DNA of 64,000 nucleotides from Octopus sinensis (Eukaryota). Location: assembly GCF_006345805.1 (NCBI RefSeq), contig NC_043011.1, positions 32,810,464 through 32,874,463 of the forward strand, in the 5' to 3' direction. The notes under the pieces are model-generated. The model made no database searches, was not told the origin of the DNA, and saw only the letters and a program-made list of their open reading frames with translations. This document shows, piece by piece, positions 27,527-41,982 of the stretch. A program made the position numbers and the translations under genes. Each line of letters opens with the position of its first letter. The stretch's first letter is position 1.

Positions 27527-28934
27527 TTTTCACTCTCTTTTACTTGTTTCAGTCATTTGACTGTGGCCATGCTGGAGCACCGCCTTTAGTCGAGCAAATC
27601 GACCCCAGGACTCTTTGTAAGCCTAGTACTTATTCTATCAGTCTCTTTTGCCAAACCGCTAGGTTACAGGGACGTAAACACACCAGCATCAGTTGTCAAG
27701 CGATGTTGGGGGGACAAACACAGACACACAAACATACACACACAAATATATATATACATATATACAACGCGCTTCTTTCAGTTTTCCTCTACCAAATCCA
27801 CTCACAAGGCTTTGGTTGGCAGCCCGTGGCTATAGTTGAAGATACTTGCCCAAGGTGCCACGCAGTGGGACTGAACCTGGAACCATGTGGTTCGTAAGCA
27901 AGCTACTTACCACACAGCCACTCCTACATCTGTTTGATCAAATGCAATGTTTACTTCGTCACACTGATTTGAATTTACCATGTATTATCTCATAGCTCTG
28001 AGATTTTGATGACATTATTATTTATTCTAAGAATGACATTGTAGGGTAGGTATGACAAGTCAGATGTGGTCAGCTTGAACATGGGGCGGGATAGGGCCAA
28101 TTTAAATAGTAAAGGGTTAAAAAAGAAAGTTTATATTCATAGGACTTGGGTTGGTCACAGGCAGGTTGGTATCAAAAGAGTTAAGCGGTGTTTCACATGG
28201 CCAGAAGGCAAAGAAGTGGGTTACTTTGAGCCAATCGTGTTTAAGCAGACAATTAACATTGGCACGAAGATATTTAACTGGAAGTCCAGATGTTACAAAT
28301 TGATTTTTTCTTTTTGTATGCTAGCTATTCAGTGCATCAGTTTAGACTGCAACCATGCCGTAGTTTGCTATGCAGCAGCTGGTTGATGGAGTAAAGCATT
28401 GTAGCTATAGTATACCATTATTATGGTATTAAAAATATTTAAAAGAAAACACAAAGTTGAGGTATAAAAAAAAAAAAAAAGAAAATACAAGCATACAGGG
28501 TGTATAAAGTTTACACTCAGGAAAAATTAAAAGTCTTATATTTCGAGAATATTCTCTTTCTGCAGAAACAATAGACAAGGAGAGAAGAAAAAATGCAGAG
28601 AAAAAGTACAAGTGTATCTGAAATAGCTGGTCATTCATTGTATGCTAAAATGACTGAAAGAGGAAGAGGGTGCTAGAGATGTGAGTGGCATGATGGTTAT
28701 CTTGTATAATGGGAGCTTGGGAGTATGTGGCATTTTTGGTACAGCAATTTCGGTGACACCTATTTGACATCGATGATTCAACACTGACTTATTTGACGTT
28801 AGATGCTTTAATGTCCCTTTAGTTCTCTCCCAAGCCCCCTCATTCTCTGTCTCTGTCTATTTCTCTCTCTCTCTCTCTCTCTCTTTGTGTGACCATCTAG
28901 TTATGCTTGTAGGCATGTGTAATGTCTCTTACTT

Positions 28935-29076
28935 TCTATATATACATGTGTGTGTGTGCGCGCATATATTTCTGTATGCATGTGTGTGTGTATGTGTTCA
29001 TTTATTTCTGTGTGTGTGTGTGTGTGTGCACACGCGCATATATTTCTGTATGCATGTGTGTGTATGTGTTCATTTA

Positions 29077-29108
<32 letters not shown>

Positions 29109-29434
29109 CATGCATATATTTCTGTATGCATGTGTGTGTGTATGTGTTCATTTATTTCTGTGTGTGTGTGTGTGTGTGCATATATTTCTGTATGCATGTG
29201 TGCGCACATATATTTCTGCAGCCTGGTGCAGCCTCCTGGCTTGCCAGTCCTCAGTCAAGCTGTCCAACCCATGCAATCATGGAAAGCAGATGTTAAACGA
29301 TGATGATGATGATGATGATGATGTGTGTGTGTGTGTGCATATATTTCTGCAGCCTGGTGCAGCCTCCTGGCTTGCTAGTCCTCAGTCCAACCTATGCCAG
29401 CATGGAAAGCAGATGTTAAACAATGATTATGATA

Positions 29435-29467
<33 letters not shown>

Positions 29468-29480
29468 TGTGTGTGTGTGT
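28935..29480. repeat. TG-rich ~70-bp minisatellite plus duplicated family-C tail
   Basis: Repeated catatatttctgtatgcat(gt)n..catttatttctg units. Confidence 0.85.
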
Positions 29481-29857
29481 TTGCCATCAATGCCCAAAAG
29501 CACTGTCACCAAAATAGGCCAAATGTCCAGTCAGCCCTGCAACATTGTCAGCATCCAAACAGCCACACCCTATCATTGCATTCTCTAGTAGATTTAAGTA
29601 GTTATTCAATTCAACCATTCAACAACATTGATTGGACCCCGAAGACTGTATCCAAATTGCTCTGGCATCAAAATACCTCAGTTTTGATGTATCTGTTACA
29701 AAAATGAAAGATCATTTCTTCAAAACCTGAAGTGAAAATATTTCTAGAAAAATCATTTTGTAGCATAATGAGGATATTAATTTATTTTATCTCGTTTGTT
29801 TTATGCTTGTTATATTTATAATTGTAATTCTTCATATAAACAGAGGAGTGTTTATAA

Positions 29858-30455
29858 GTGCAGCAGTGGCTGTGTGGTAAGTAGCTTGCTGACCAACCAC
29901 ATGGTTCTGAGTTCAGTCCCACAGTGTGGCACCTTGGGCAAGTGTCTTCTACTATAGCCTCGGGCCAACCAAAGCCTTGTGAGTGGATTTGTTAGACGGA
30001 AACTGAAAGAAGCCCATCATATATGTGTGTATATATATAAATATATATGTCTGTGCCGGTGGCACGTAAAAAGCACCTGCTACACTCGCAGAGTGGTTGG
30101 CGTTAGGAAGGGCAACCAGCTGTAAAAACACTGCCAGATCAGACTGGAGCCTGGTGTAGACCCTGGCTTCCCAGACCCCGGTCGAACCGTCCAAACTGTG
30201 CTAGCGCGAAAAACGGACATTAAACGATGATGATGATGTATGTGTGTGTATATGTTTGTGTGTCTGTGTTTGTCCCCCCCACATCACTTGACAATCGATG
30301 CTGGGTGTTTATGTCCCCGTAACAGCAGTTCGGCAAAAGATACCGATAGAATAAGTACTAGGTTTACAAAGAACAAGTCCTGATGTCGATTTGCTCAACC
30401 AAAGGCGGTGCTCCAGCATGGCCACAGTCAAATGACTAATACAAGTAAAAGAGTA
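29858..30455 (+). mobile_element. SINE family A with a family-C element nested in its central microsatellite (30050-30238)
   Basis: A 5' half, then C body plus (GAT)n tail, then A 3' half. Confidence 0.85.
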
Positions 30456-30916
30456 AATGAGATTCAAGAAACCTTTTCAATTCAAAGAATCTATGATTTT
30501 CTTCGTTTCGAACCAAGGGGGTAACATCCACATAAATGAATATATTTTGGGGTAACTGGTTAAAAAAAGTTGCCCGACCCCTGCTCTAGAGGTAGATGCA
30601 TTCAAGTCAAGCCCCATTCCTTTTAAGCTGTTAAGCAGTGAGTTTGTTTGTATATCTTTTATCTTTTGTCTTTTACTTGTTTCAATCATTAGACTGTGGC
30701 CATGCTGGGGCACTGCCTTTGAGAATTTTAGTCAAATGGATCCACCCCAAAACTTATTTTTATTCTTTTTTAAAGCCTGACACTTATTCGATCAGTCCCT
30801 TTTGCTGAGCCACTAAGTTATGGGGACATAAACACATCAATATCAGTTGTCAGGTTGTGGGCAGGTGGGTGTGGCAAACACAAACACACACATATATATA
30901 TGTGTGTATGTGTGTG

Positions 30917-31440
30917 TGAGGTGGGGTGCTGAAAAGTTCCTGGCTTTGGGTAAAGCAAAATACCAGAGGATCGGTTAATTATGATTTTTACTCACTCCCA
31001 AACAGTTGAAGGAATCCGGTGTAGAGGTAGACTCGGGAAGACATGAGATGAGGTAGTGAAGCATGACCTTTGAACGTTGGGCCTCCCAGAGGCAATGACG
31101 AAGGACCGAGATCTCTGGCACGTAAAAAGCACCCACTACACTCACGGAGTGGTTGGCATTAGGAAGGGCATCCAGCCGTAGAAACACTGCCAGATCAGAC
31201 TGGGGCTTGGTGCAGCCTCCTGGATTCCAAGACCCCAGTCGAACCGTCCAACCCATGCTAGCATGGAAAATGGACGTTAAACAATGATGATGATGATGAT
31301 GATATTCTCCTCTCAGATTCACATACTTATTGCAATGGTCCTTCAATTTTCCTAAGCTCTGTAAAAGAACCCGGAAGGTTGGGCCTCCAACCAGACCTTT
31401 TGCAATACCCTTAAAGCTAGGAACTTTTCAGCACCCTCTT
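30917..31440. mobile_element. mariner-like MITE interrupted by a family-C SINE
   Basis: TIRs gggtgctgaaaagttcctggcttt / aaagctaggaacttttcagcaccc; family-C copy at 31117-31302 inside. Confidence 0.75.
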
Positions 31441-31445
31441 ATATA

Positions 31446-31478
<33 letters not shown>

Positions 31479-31609
31479 AGACTTGTTTTATTTATATTTC
31501 CTGAGCGCCATACTAATACAATTGTTTGTTTGTATTCCACCTGCCTTCGTCTGTTGTTTATTTCCGTAAACCTGCCTTCGTCTTTTGTCTATTTTCATAA
31601 AGCTTCCCG

Positions 31610-31650
<41 letters not shown>

Positions 31651-31667
31651 CATACACACACACACTA

Positions 31668-31712
<45 letters not shown>

Positions 31713-33488
31713 ATAGGCTTCTTTCAGTTTCTTATTTCGTTATTGCCCACAAAGGACTAAACATAGAGGAGACAAACAAGGACAGACAAAAGGATTAAGT
31801 TGATTACATTGACCCCAGCACGTAACTAGTACTTAATTTATCGGCCCCGAAAGGATGAAAGGCAAAGTTGACCTCAGCGAAATTTGAACTCAGAACATAA
31901 TGGCAGATGAAATACCACTAAGCATTTCACCTGGCATGCTAACGTTTCTGCCAGCTCACCGCCTTAGGCTTCTTTCAGTTTCTATCTACCAAATCCACTC
32001 GCAAGTCTTTGGTCAGCTCAAAGCCATAGCAGAAGACTCTTGCCCAAGGTGCCATACAGTGGGACTGAACCTGGAACCGTGTGGTTGGGAAGCAAACTTA
32101 GCCACATGTGCACACAATTTTTACAACTAGCATAGGAAAAAAGACAAGTGCACACAAGGTTTCAAAGATGAAATCAGATTCTTTTAATTGAAGCACTTGG
32201 GTGGTAGTTACCAGCTCCAGTTTTGATTCGATTAATAAACCCAGCTGTTAAATAATTGTTTCATTCTAATGATGTATTGAGATGATTTGATCAAATGATT
32301 GTTCATTGAGAAACTAGTCTTTCTCATACAATAACCATAAAAAAGAAATAATTGATGCTAGAGATAATTATGGTTTTATTGACGAGAGTATATTCCACTT
32401 GGTATGTGCACACATTTTGCTAAGAAACAATATTTTCACACAATACTAATTTTTGTGCACACTTACATAAAAAAATTGGAGGCAACATTTGAGTCAAGTA
32501 AGATTTATTGTGCTTGCCTGTGTCCTTTTATTCTAACCAAATATTCTTCTTAGCAATGAATGATATATTTATATTCCGTCTGAATTTGTGAGATAAGGAA
32601 TTATCCTCGTTATTATACACTGAATAAGGTGATGAGCTGCCTGAATAATTAGCACAGCGGACAAAATGCTTGGCAGCATTTCTTTTGGTTCTTTATGTTC
32701 TGAGTTCAAAGACTGACAAAGTCAGCTTTGCCTTTTATCTTTTTGTGGGGGTCAATAAAATTAAGTACCAGTAAAATACTGGGGTTGATACAATTGACTT
32801 ACCCGCTATCCTCAAAAACTGATGGTCTTGTGTCAAAATTCAAAAGAATTCTTATACATATATTTGGACTAATATGGACCAAGACCCTTGGAGATATGTT
32901 GTGATTGAGAAGACCTGACAAGTAAAGCAAGATCACAGCTGTGGCTGATGCCAGTGTTGTATGACTGGCCCATTTAAAAGTACCCTTGAAGCGTCGGGTA
33001 ATATGATGTGCTTGAAAAGACCTGTTGAGTCAAGCAAAATCGAAATTGTTGTCATGGCCAGCACTGCCTGACTAGCACCTGTGCTGGTGCCATGTAATAA
33101 GCACCATTCGAGCATGGGTCGAAGCTAGTGCCGCCTGACTGACTTCCCAGGCCAGTGGCACATAAAATGCGCCCACTACACTCTCGGAGCAGTTGGAGTT
33201 AGGAAGGGCATCCAGCTGTAGAAACATTGCCAGATCAGATTGGAGCCTGGTGCAGCCCACTGGCTTGCCAGACCTTTGTCAAACCGTCCAACCCATGCTA
33301 GCATGGAAAGCGGTTGTTAAACGATGATGATGATGATGATGAATGTCCTCATCTTGGTTGCAGTGTTTCAGTGACTGTAACCCCCGACTTTCTTCTAATG
33401 ATTGTTATATTCAGTAACATTTTTGGAATTTCAAACCAAAGCCTTTATTACAGTAGTTTGTAGTAGTTTAGATTGTGTATATAAGTTA

Positions 33489-34743
33489 CAGGGTGTGTAA
33501 GATATTTGAGGACAGATTTATGTTTATAGAAAAAAAAAACAGATATTATAATAACAGATAATAACTTTATTTATTAAAACATGTTATGAGGATAGAAATA
33601 AACCTTCTTTTCTATAATGTTATCCAATAAAGCCCCCTTCAGCTTCAACAACTGCTTCTATATGAGATTTGAATCATCTACATGCTCGAATTAAATGGTC
33701 CTGGTTCATTTTGGACATTACTCTGACTATGGCAGCTTTCAAAGAATCTTTGGTGTTATGGGCTTGTTCATTGACCTCTCTCTCTCAACAACATTCCACA
33801 TGTAATAGTCCAGTGGATTGAGATACAGGGAATTAGAAGGCCAAATGTAAGGGGTTATGTGATCATGAAAATTTTCAGCCATTCATTCCTGTGTTACTAG
33901 AACCATGTGTGATAGTGCAGAGTCTTACTGAAACACATATGGCCTTCCCGTTGCATACACTGTCTATCCAGGGCTTAACAGTTATTTCTAGGACCTCAAT
34001 GTAGGCAGCAGAGTTAACTCTAAGGCCTTGTGGAAAGAGGTAAGGAGGCATCACATGTGCTTCATTGCTGACAACCCCTAAAACCATGACGGCTGAAGGA
34101 AATTGTGTATGCATAACACTTGGAACTTCAGAAGGGTCTGCACATAACCATCTGTCATTTCTTGTTAACTTTTTGATCTTGATCAAAGATTTTCTTGTTT
34201 GAGAAAACCAAATCAAATTTTCTTCTGCTGGATTTTTCAGTTTATTTAAGAGTCGTTTAGATCTGATGTAGTGATGTTCTTTTGCTTTTTCTTACGAATT
34301 GACCTTTCCTCATCATGTATACTTGAAAGTAATGGGCAACATTTCTGACTGTTCCTTCTGACACATGAAGATCTTTTGCAATTGACCTCATGGACTTTCT
34401 GGGATTGTAATCAATGATCTGTTGAACTTGCTGGATAAATTCAGGTGTTCTGATGATTTCACAGCATTTAGAATGCTTTTTATACTTTGATACTGGTGAT
34501 ACATTCAGTCTCTAGCTCCTTACAATCTTTGTAAACGAAGGACCTGGCAACTTTTAAAAATCGAGATATTTCTAAATCACTACGCTCAGCCTTTATAACC
34601 ACAATAACTGTATGCCTCTTCATTTCTTGAGTAAGCTGAGGGTCTGCTATTATATTATTTTCTGTAACAAAGAATATACAAAGTTAGTAAAAAATGCAGC
34701 AATGATCCAAAAAGGCATGTCCTCAAATGCCTTATGCACCCTG
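33489..34743 (-). mobile_element. decayed Tc1/mariner transposon of the maT (DD37D) family
   Basis: TA|CAGGGTGTGTAAGATATTTGAGGACA...TGTCCTCAAATGCCTTATGCACCCTG|TA imperfect TIRs with TA TSD. Minus-strand remnants VMVLGVVS and FQ*DSA...WPSNSLYLNPLDY, with exactly 37 residues between the last two Asp. Stops and frameshifts are present. Confidence 0.9.
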
Positions 34744-34779
34744 TATGTATACATATATATATATATGTGCATGTATGTA

Positions 34780-34813
<34 letters not shown>

Positions 34814-35837
34814 AAGGAAATGAAGAAAATGCTGACAAAATAATTTAAGTAAAGGAGAGTGTATTTAATTAGGTGAAAGTTCTTTTTACCGGTTGCACAT
34901 TTGTTATGCTTATCAAAAGATATTTTGAGTGAGATAGAGTTCCTTTCTGATTGATTTTTTCTCTTATAATATATATATACTCTGGTTCAAGTTAAAGGTA
35001 CCAGCAGCATCACAAGTAGGACTATAACTAATAAAAGAATAACCCTGATTGGAACAATGGAATGAGGACTAATAAAGTGTTCCATTCCAAATTCTGAAAA
35101 TATTACCAAATATGATAGGAACCTGAAGAAAGCCAAAAGGTATAACACCTAAAAGGTGACTATAAAAACTAAAGCGAAGTCTCTAGTCAGCATGTATCAA
35201 TGTATAATGTCTATATTCCCATTTACTAGACTGAACAGTATACAATATAATGTCACATTCACCATTATAATGGAATGATGTGAGAAGTATTTTAGAGCCT
35301 TGAGCTGCAGGCTATTTTCCAGCCACTTCTAAATAAAACAATGCTGCAAAGATTGTTGTAATGATTGCTGGCACAACATAACTGAACACGAATATCATAT
35401 TGTCATCTTCGACGTGTTACGTAATGCTACTTTTTACGGTCTACCAATGCTAGTGAAGTGGTATGCTTGAAAGTATCCCGGATTAACTCGGTAATTGTTT
35501 AACAGTTCAGTGTTTTATATTCCTGACTATAAAATACCGTTCCAAGCTTTCACTCACATAAAATATGCGGGTCTGAAGTATATTTTCAAATTCATGAAAT
35601 CCACAGTTAGAGAAAATCAAATCAAGATCAGCACTACTGCCACCATTGCTGTTGTTGTTATCCTCATCATCGATTCAATGTCAGATTTTTTTATTTTATT
35701 TTATTGTATGGAATGCACAAGTCTGTAGAATAACAAAATAGTTTAATAAAAGGCCTGCACTTGTCTTCGTTTTTATATGCATTTTAGTTATTCTAGCAGA
35801 AAACTTTTTCTGCCGTTTCTCTAATCCAGTGGTTCTT

Positions 35838-36225
35838 ACTCTTTCGCTCTTTTACTTGTTCCAGTCACTCGACTGCGGCCATGCTGGAGCACTGCCTTTA
35901 GCCGAGCAAATTGACCCCCCAGGACTTATTCTTTGTAAGCCTAGTACTTATCCTATCAGTCGCTTTTGCTGAACCGCTAAGTTATGGATACATAAACACG
36001 ACAGCATCGGTTGTCAAGCAATGATGGGGGGGGGGAGCAGACAAACACAAACACACACATATATATGACAGGCTTCTTTCAGTTTCCGTCTACCAAATCC
36101 ACTCACAAGGCTTTGGTTGGCAGCCCGAGGCTATAGTAGAAGACACTTACCCAAGGTGTCTCGCAGTGGGACTGAACCCAGAACCATGTGGTTGGTAAAC
36201 AAGCTTCTTACCACATAGCCACACC
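35838..36225 (-). mobile_element. SINE family A
   Basis: Reverse complement of the family A pattern. Confidence 0.85.
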
Positions 36226-36670
36226 CAGACCCCTTTGATTGCTATTTTACTCTACAGGAACTCCAAAGCCATTTGATGTGCATAAAAAAACAATCCCATT
36301 TTTAAAATACCATGGTAGAAACGGGTGTTTCGTCATCATTTAACATCTGTTGTCCATGCTGGCATGGGTTGGACAGTTTGACCAGGGCTGGCAAGCTGGG
36401 GAGCCGCACCAGGCTCCAGTCTGATTTGGTATGGTGTTCTGCAGGCAAATGCCCTGCCTAATGCCAGCCACTTTCCAGTATGTGCTGGGTGCTTTTACGT
36501 GGTGCCCGCACGGACACTTTTACGTGACACTGCACAGGTGCTTTTACATAGCACTGCATGGGTGCTTTTACGTGGTCCCACACAGACACTTTTACATGAC
36601 ACCACTACAAGTGCTTCACACTACCAGAAGGACCAGTCTTAACACTTCTGCTGCAGATTACAGGTCTTCT

Positions 36671-37088
36671 TATTTCTTTATTGCGCACAAGGGGCTAAAA
36701 CAGAGAGGGGGCAAACAAGGACAGACAAAGGGATTAAGTTGATTATATCGACCCCAGTGCATAACTGGTACTTAATTTATCGACCTCAAAAGGATGAAAG
36801 GCAAAGTCGACCTCGGCGGAATTTGAACTCAGAATGTAACAGCAGATGAAATACCTATTTCTTTACTACCCACAAGGGGCTAAACACAGAGAGGACAAAC
36901 AAGGACAGACAAATGGATTAAGTCGATTATATCGACCCCAGTGTGTAACTGGTACTTAATTTATCAACCTCGAAAGGATGAAAGGCAAAGTCGACCTTGG
37001 CAGAATTTGAACTCAGAACGTAACGGCAGACAAAATACAGCTACGCATTTCGCGCGGCGTGCTAACATTTCTGCCAGATCGACGCCTT
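36671..37088 (-). mobile_element. SINE family B, 1.7-mer with 15-bp TSD
   Basis: gattacaggtcttct at 36656-36670 and 37089-37103 flanks a monomer plus a repeated 3' part. Confidence 0.88.
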
Positions 37089-38249
37089 GATTACAGGTCT
37101 TCTCGATTACAGCAAGGCACTAGGCATCTCGATCCTTTATCATCTCACCTGAAAGGTTCAGTTTGTTGTTTATTGTTGTAAAGATTTGTTGGTGATTAAA
37201 ACTTTATATTAATGTCACAAATGAATAATATTAATGCTTTGTTAACAGGTAGCCTTCTGCACTGTCCAGTTGTTCACTTGGAATATCAGACTTCAAGAAA
37301 TTGTTAGATTAGTGGATTTTGAAGTTATTTTGAGGTAAGACTCCATTTTGTCTTGCATTTCTAAAATTCGTCATAAATAACCTATGCCAACATGGGAAAC
37401 AGACATTAAATGATGATGATGAGGAAGAGAAGGATGAATTATTTTGGTTTCACCCATCTTGAAGCATGTGCTTAGGGGATCACATCTGATCCAAATGCAA
37501 CCCATACTCTCCACATGCAGTTTGGTATTGTTCCTCACCGTTTATCTGCCACTTGCTATTCCTCACTCTCTCATCTCTATACTGTCCAGTGTTGGTGCCA
37601 TGGTGCAATGCACTCAGTGCACTTTGATAATAATGGAACCAAGAGGTCCCTTTCATTTTATCGAGCACATGATAATCTCCCTGATGCTGATGCCTTAAAA
37701 AAATGTCCAGTACACTCTGTGGTGTAGTTGGTGTTTAGGAACCAGCCATAGAAGGCAAGCTAAGAAGGAAACCAATGAGGGAGATGTTATCCTCTTACCT
37801 ATCCAGAATAACTCCGACCCATGCCAGCATAGAAAATAGACAAAAAAATACAACAATGCTGATAATGAGGATGATATTATTTTTTTCCTTTTCCTAATTG
37901 TTGTTAATTTTAAATATCAAAATAAGACAGGAAGCTTGCAGGACCCTTAGTATGGCAGGTTAAATGCTCAGCAAAATTTTGTCTGTCTTCACATTTTGAG
38001 TTCAAATTCGACTTAGGTCAACTTTGCCGTCATCCTTTCGGGGTCGATAAAATAAGTTCCAGTTGAACACTGGGTGGGAGGGTCGATGTAATTAACTTAC
38101 TCCTCCCCTAAATTTGCTGGCCTTGTGCTAAAATTTGGAACCAATAATAGTTATCAAAATTATAACAATGATATTGTTTTCTCTTTTACTCCCAATTAAT
38201 TCACTTTGTAGATTTAGCCTTGTTGATATTATGAAAAATGTTTACATAA

Positions 38250-38294
<45 letters not shown>

Positions 38295-38448
38295 CAATAA
38301 GAAAATGGAGGGGATCAATAGGTGGTTCATCAACTTTTAGACATTATATTATGTTAACTTATATGTATTGTATGTACGTATATAGATAGATAGATAGATA
38401 GATTGATAGATAGATAGACAGATAGATATAGATATACATATATATATA

Positions 38449-38915
38449 TCTATATATATAAAACTGTAGTTGTGTGAGTGTCTGTCTCCTACGATTTAGA
38501 TTCCTAACTACTCCCACATTTTGCGGTGCAGTTTAACCAAATTCGGGTATCTTATAGTCGTGATTCATATCGAGCCCGTCTGGGTATTAGCGTGCGTCTG
38601 CGATGAGTCTACGATTTAAAAAATAATTTAACATCATTTTTTTCCATTTTAACGCATATTTTTTCGTGTGTCGATGGCGGCGGAGTTGGCGTCCATGGTC
38701 ACACCTGCACCTGTGTTGCTTCTCCCCCTTCTTCCCTCCCTCATGAAGCTGTGGGGAAGGGAGTGTAAGGAAATCAACGTCGTAAAGCGTTGTCAAGGAG
38801 ACCAGCGTTCTTTTAGAACAACGACTTCATGGCTTGAAGACACCAAAACAGAAATGGCTATGCTTATATAGTTATTTCCCTTACAAACCCGAGCAACGCC
38901 GGGCGATACTGCTAG
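38449..38915 (+). mobile_element. non-autonomous Helitron
   Basis: A|TC start, CTAG|T end, subterminal GC hairpin CCCGagcaacgcCGGG, no TSD; termini shared with 57335-57730. Confidence 0.82.
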
Positions 38916-39234
38916 TGTATATATAAATTTATATGAATAAGGATACGATTTTTATTTAAATATCGATCTTATCAAGTGGCCAGCATAGGAATAAAAACCT
39001 TCAAAGGTAATAATTTTTATTAAAATTATAATTTAGGGTATGCTTGAAATAGCAGCCAAAACTTGACTCTAAAACCACATTAAATGTTCATACAGCACCA
39101 GCACCAGGTGCAGTATGAACATCAACCATTTGCAATGTATGTATGTTTAATATGATACGCAGATAGCTTCCTTTTAAATATAGAATTACTTCTGTTGCAT
39201 GTAAAGAATAATTTTAAACCTTATCTATTTCCAG

Positions 39235-39309
39235 AATGAAGTGCAAACTCTAACATAACAAATAAAATGATATATGACTGTGAAAGCATACATGGAAAAC
39301 TATATATGT
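39235..39309 (+). other. candidate non-coding micro-exon (75 nt)
   Basis: Acceptor ttatctatttccag| at 39234; donor TGT|gtaagt at 39309/10; unique sequence. Confidence 0.4.
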
Positions 39310-40697
39310 GTAAGTGAACCTCAGATTTCTCCCTGTAAAAAAAAAAACTTGAAGTGTTTAACCTCTAACCTTTCGACCTTCCTGATTTATCCAATTTTAT
39401 TATGTGTTTGTAATAAGGTGGCAAGCTGGCAGAATCGTTAGCATACTGGACAAAATGCTTAGCAGCATTTCTTCTGGCTTTCAATTCTGAGTTCAAAGTC
39501 TGCCAAGGTCTTCTTTACTTTCCATCCTTTGTGGGGCGGGGATCAATGAAATAAGTACCAGTTCAACACTGGGGGTGGATGTCATCAACTAACTCACTGC
39601 CACCAAAAGTTTCGGGAGTGGCTGTGTGGTAAGTAGCTTGCTTACCAACCACATGGTTCCGGGTTCAGTCCCACTGCATGGCACCTTGGGCAAGTGTCTT
39701 CTTCCATAGCCTTGGGCCGACCAAAGCACTGTGAGTGGATTTGGTAGACGGAAACTGAAAGAAGCCCGTCATATATATGTATATGTGTGTGTGTGTATGT
39801 TTGTGTGTCTGTGTTTGTCCCCCCCTCCCCCAACATCACTTGACAACCAATGCTGGTGTGTTTACGTCCCCGTAACTTAGCGGTTCAGCAAAAGAGACCG
39901 ATGTAAAAAGCATCCAGTACACTCTGTAAAGTGGTTAGTGTTAGGGGGGGGGGTTCCCAACTGCAGAAATCCATGCAGAATTAGACAGTAAAGTTTGGTA
40001 CAGTTCTCTGGTTTGCCAGCATGGAAAGTATATGTCAAATGATGGTGATGATGATGACGATAATGACGATGACGACGACGATAATGATGATGATGATGAT
40101 ATAGATATAGATATGTGTATGTCTATGTCTATGTACATACACTCAGGGTCATATTGTATCCTGAAGTGAATCATTTAAAGTTCCTTTTCTGAGCAGGGAG
40201 AGGGACATCAGCAGATCCTAATGATCCTTAAGATACTTTAGTAATGATGGTCCAAACTTAAATAGTTGGTGTTTGTCTATATTGGTTGTTGTTGTTGTCA
40301 TTGTTGTTGTTGTTGTTGTCATTGTTGTTGCTGTTGTCATCGTCGTTGTTGGTGAGTAGTTGTAGTCAGTTTAGCTTATGCCTATGGTCTAGTAGTTATT
40401 GTTGTTGTTATTTTGGCTTATGTTCAGTGTATTCTGGCCTACATTATTCGTAATGCAAACAGTAGTGAATGACTAAAGGAATATATTTTTAACAGGTCTG
40501 CTATTTCTAGCAGATTAAGTGCCCACATCAAGGCTTTTTTTTTTTAGGTTTGTCTCTCAGCCAAAACTATTATTCTAATATAACACAGTAGTTATGTGAG
40601 AGTGTCTAAGTTATGTAATATTAGGGACACATGAGTTTTAGATGGCAATATGACGGAGGGATTATAACAAAGCATAATATGTAATAGAATAGCTAAT

Positions 40698-41034
40698 GTG
40701 AAGGCGCGTGGCTCAGTAGTTAGAGCATCGTGCTTACGATCGTGAGGTTGTGAGCTCAAATCCCGGGCCGGGCTGCGTTTTGTGTTCTTGAGCAAGGCAC
40801 TTTATTTCACATTGCTCCAGTTCACTCAGCTGTAGAAATGAGTTGCGACGTCACAGGTGCCAAGCTGTATTGGCCCTTCCCTTTCCCTTGGACAACATCG
40901 GTGACGTGGAGAGGGGAGGCCGGTATGCATGGGCAACTGCTGATCTTCCATAAAACAACCTTGCCCAGACTTGTGCCTCAGAGGGTAACTCTCTAGGTGC
41001 AAACCCATGGTCAGTGTCTGACCGAAGGGGCTCA
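40698..41034 (+). mobile_element. tRNA-derived SINE family D
   Basis: Colinear with 3797-4136. Confidence 0.85.
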
Positions 41035-41395
41035 CCAATATCTATAAATGCAGATAAGTTTACAGTTTATTTCTAAATCTCTCAGAGAGATTTATGCAGT
41101 AGCAACATGATAAAGTGATAGCATGTTGTCAATTTAATGTGACAGTGCCATAAAAGGGAAGAATGCTACTGTTATTTAGCCCTAGGAAACACCGTTTCCT
41201 GTTGGACTTGAAACATTTCCTGCGTCCTTATGTTTTCAAAGTGGAGACAAGCACCTCTGCCCAGCAAAACCAGCATCCAGAGACTAGTTTAGAAATATGT
41301 TATTTCTATTTTCAAAAATCAGTGAATGCATTTCACTTGAAATATATATGTGTTCAAAGGCGGATAGGCATCGACAGCTAGCAAGCCATGCTACT

Positions 41396-41436
41396 CCGGA
41401 CTGATGATGAGCAATAACTCTGAAACTAGTCTCTGG
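41396..41436 (+). ncRNA. minimal type I hammerhead ribozyme motif, copy 1 (predicted cleavage after C41431)
   Basis: ccgga-CTGATGA-t GAG caataa CTC t-GAAA-ctag-TC-tctgg. Helix I ccgga/tctgg, helix II GAG/CTC (U.U at its base), helix III with palindromic CTAG, GUC triplet. Confidence 0.72.
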
Positions 41437-41668
41437 TGCTGGTTTTGCTGGGTGGAGGTGCTTGTCTCCACTTTGAAAACATAAGGACACAGGAAATGAT
41501 GTTTCCTAGGGCTAAATAACAGTAGCATTCTTCCCTTTTATGGGGCTGTCACATTAAGTTGACAACATGCTATCACTTTAAGTTTACAGTTGTTTATCAC
41601 TTGTTATTCACTTGAAATATATGTGTTCAAAGATGTTTAGGCATCGACAGCTAGCAAGCCATGCTACT

Positions 41669-41709
41669 CCGGACTGATGATGAGCAATAACTCTGAAACT
41701 AGTCTCTGG
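41669..41709 (+). ncRNA. minimal type I hammerhead ribozyme motif, copy 2 (predicted cleavage after C41704)
   Basis: Identical to copy 1, 273 nt downstream. Confidence 0.72.
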
Positions 41710-41941
41710 TGCTGGTTTTGCTGGGTGGAGGTGGTTGTCTTCACTTTGAAAACGTAAGGACGCAGGAAATGATGTTTCCTAGAGCTAAATAACAGTAGCA
41801 TTCTTCCCTTTTATGGGACTGTCACATTAAGTTGACAACATGCTATCACTTTAAGTTTACAGTTGTTTATCACTTGTTATTCACTTGAAATATATGTGTT
41901 CAAAGATGGATAGGCATCGACAACTAGCAAGCCATGCTACT

Positions 41942-41982
41942 CTGGATTGATGATGAGCAATAACTCTGAAACTAGTCTCTGG
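41942..41982 (+). ncRNA. hammerhead motif copy 3, C3U variant (TTGATGA), probably impaired
   Basis: ctgga-TTGATGA-tgagcaataactct-GAAA-ctag-TC-tctgg, 273 nt after copy 2. Confidence 0.55.

Noticed and set aside
35115-35160. CTGAAGA-containing pLTR-like segment (also CTGAGGA at 11448)
   Set aside because: GAAA and the helices are missing or too decayed to call a ribozyme.
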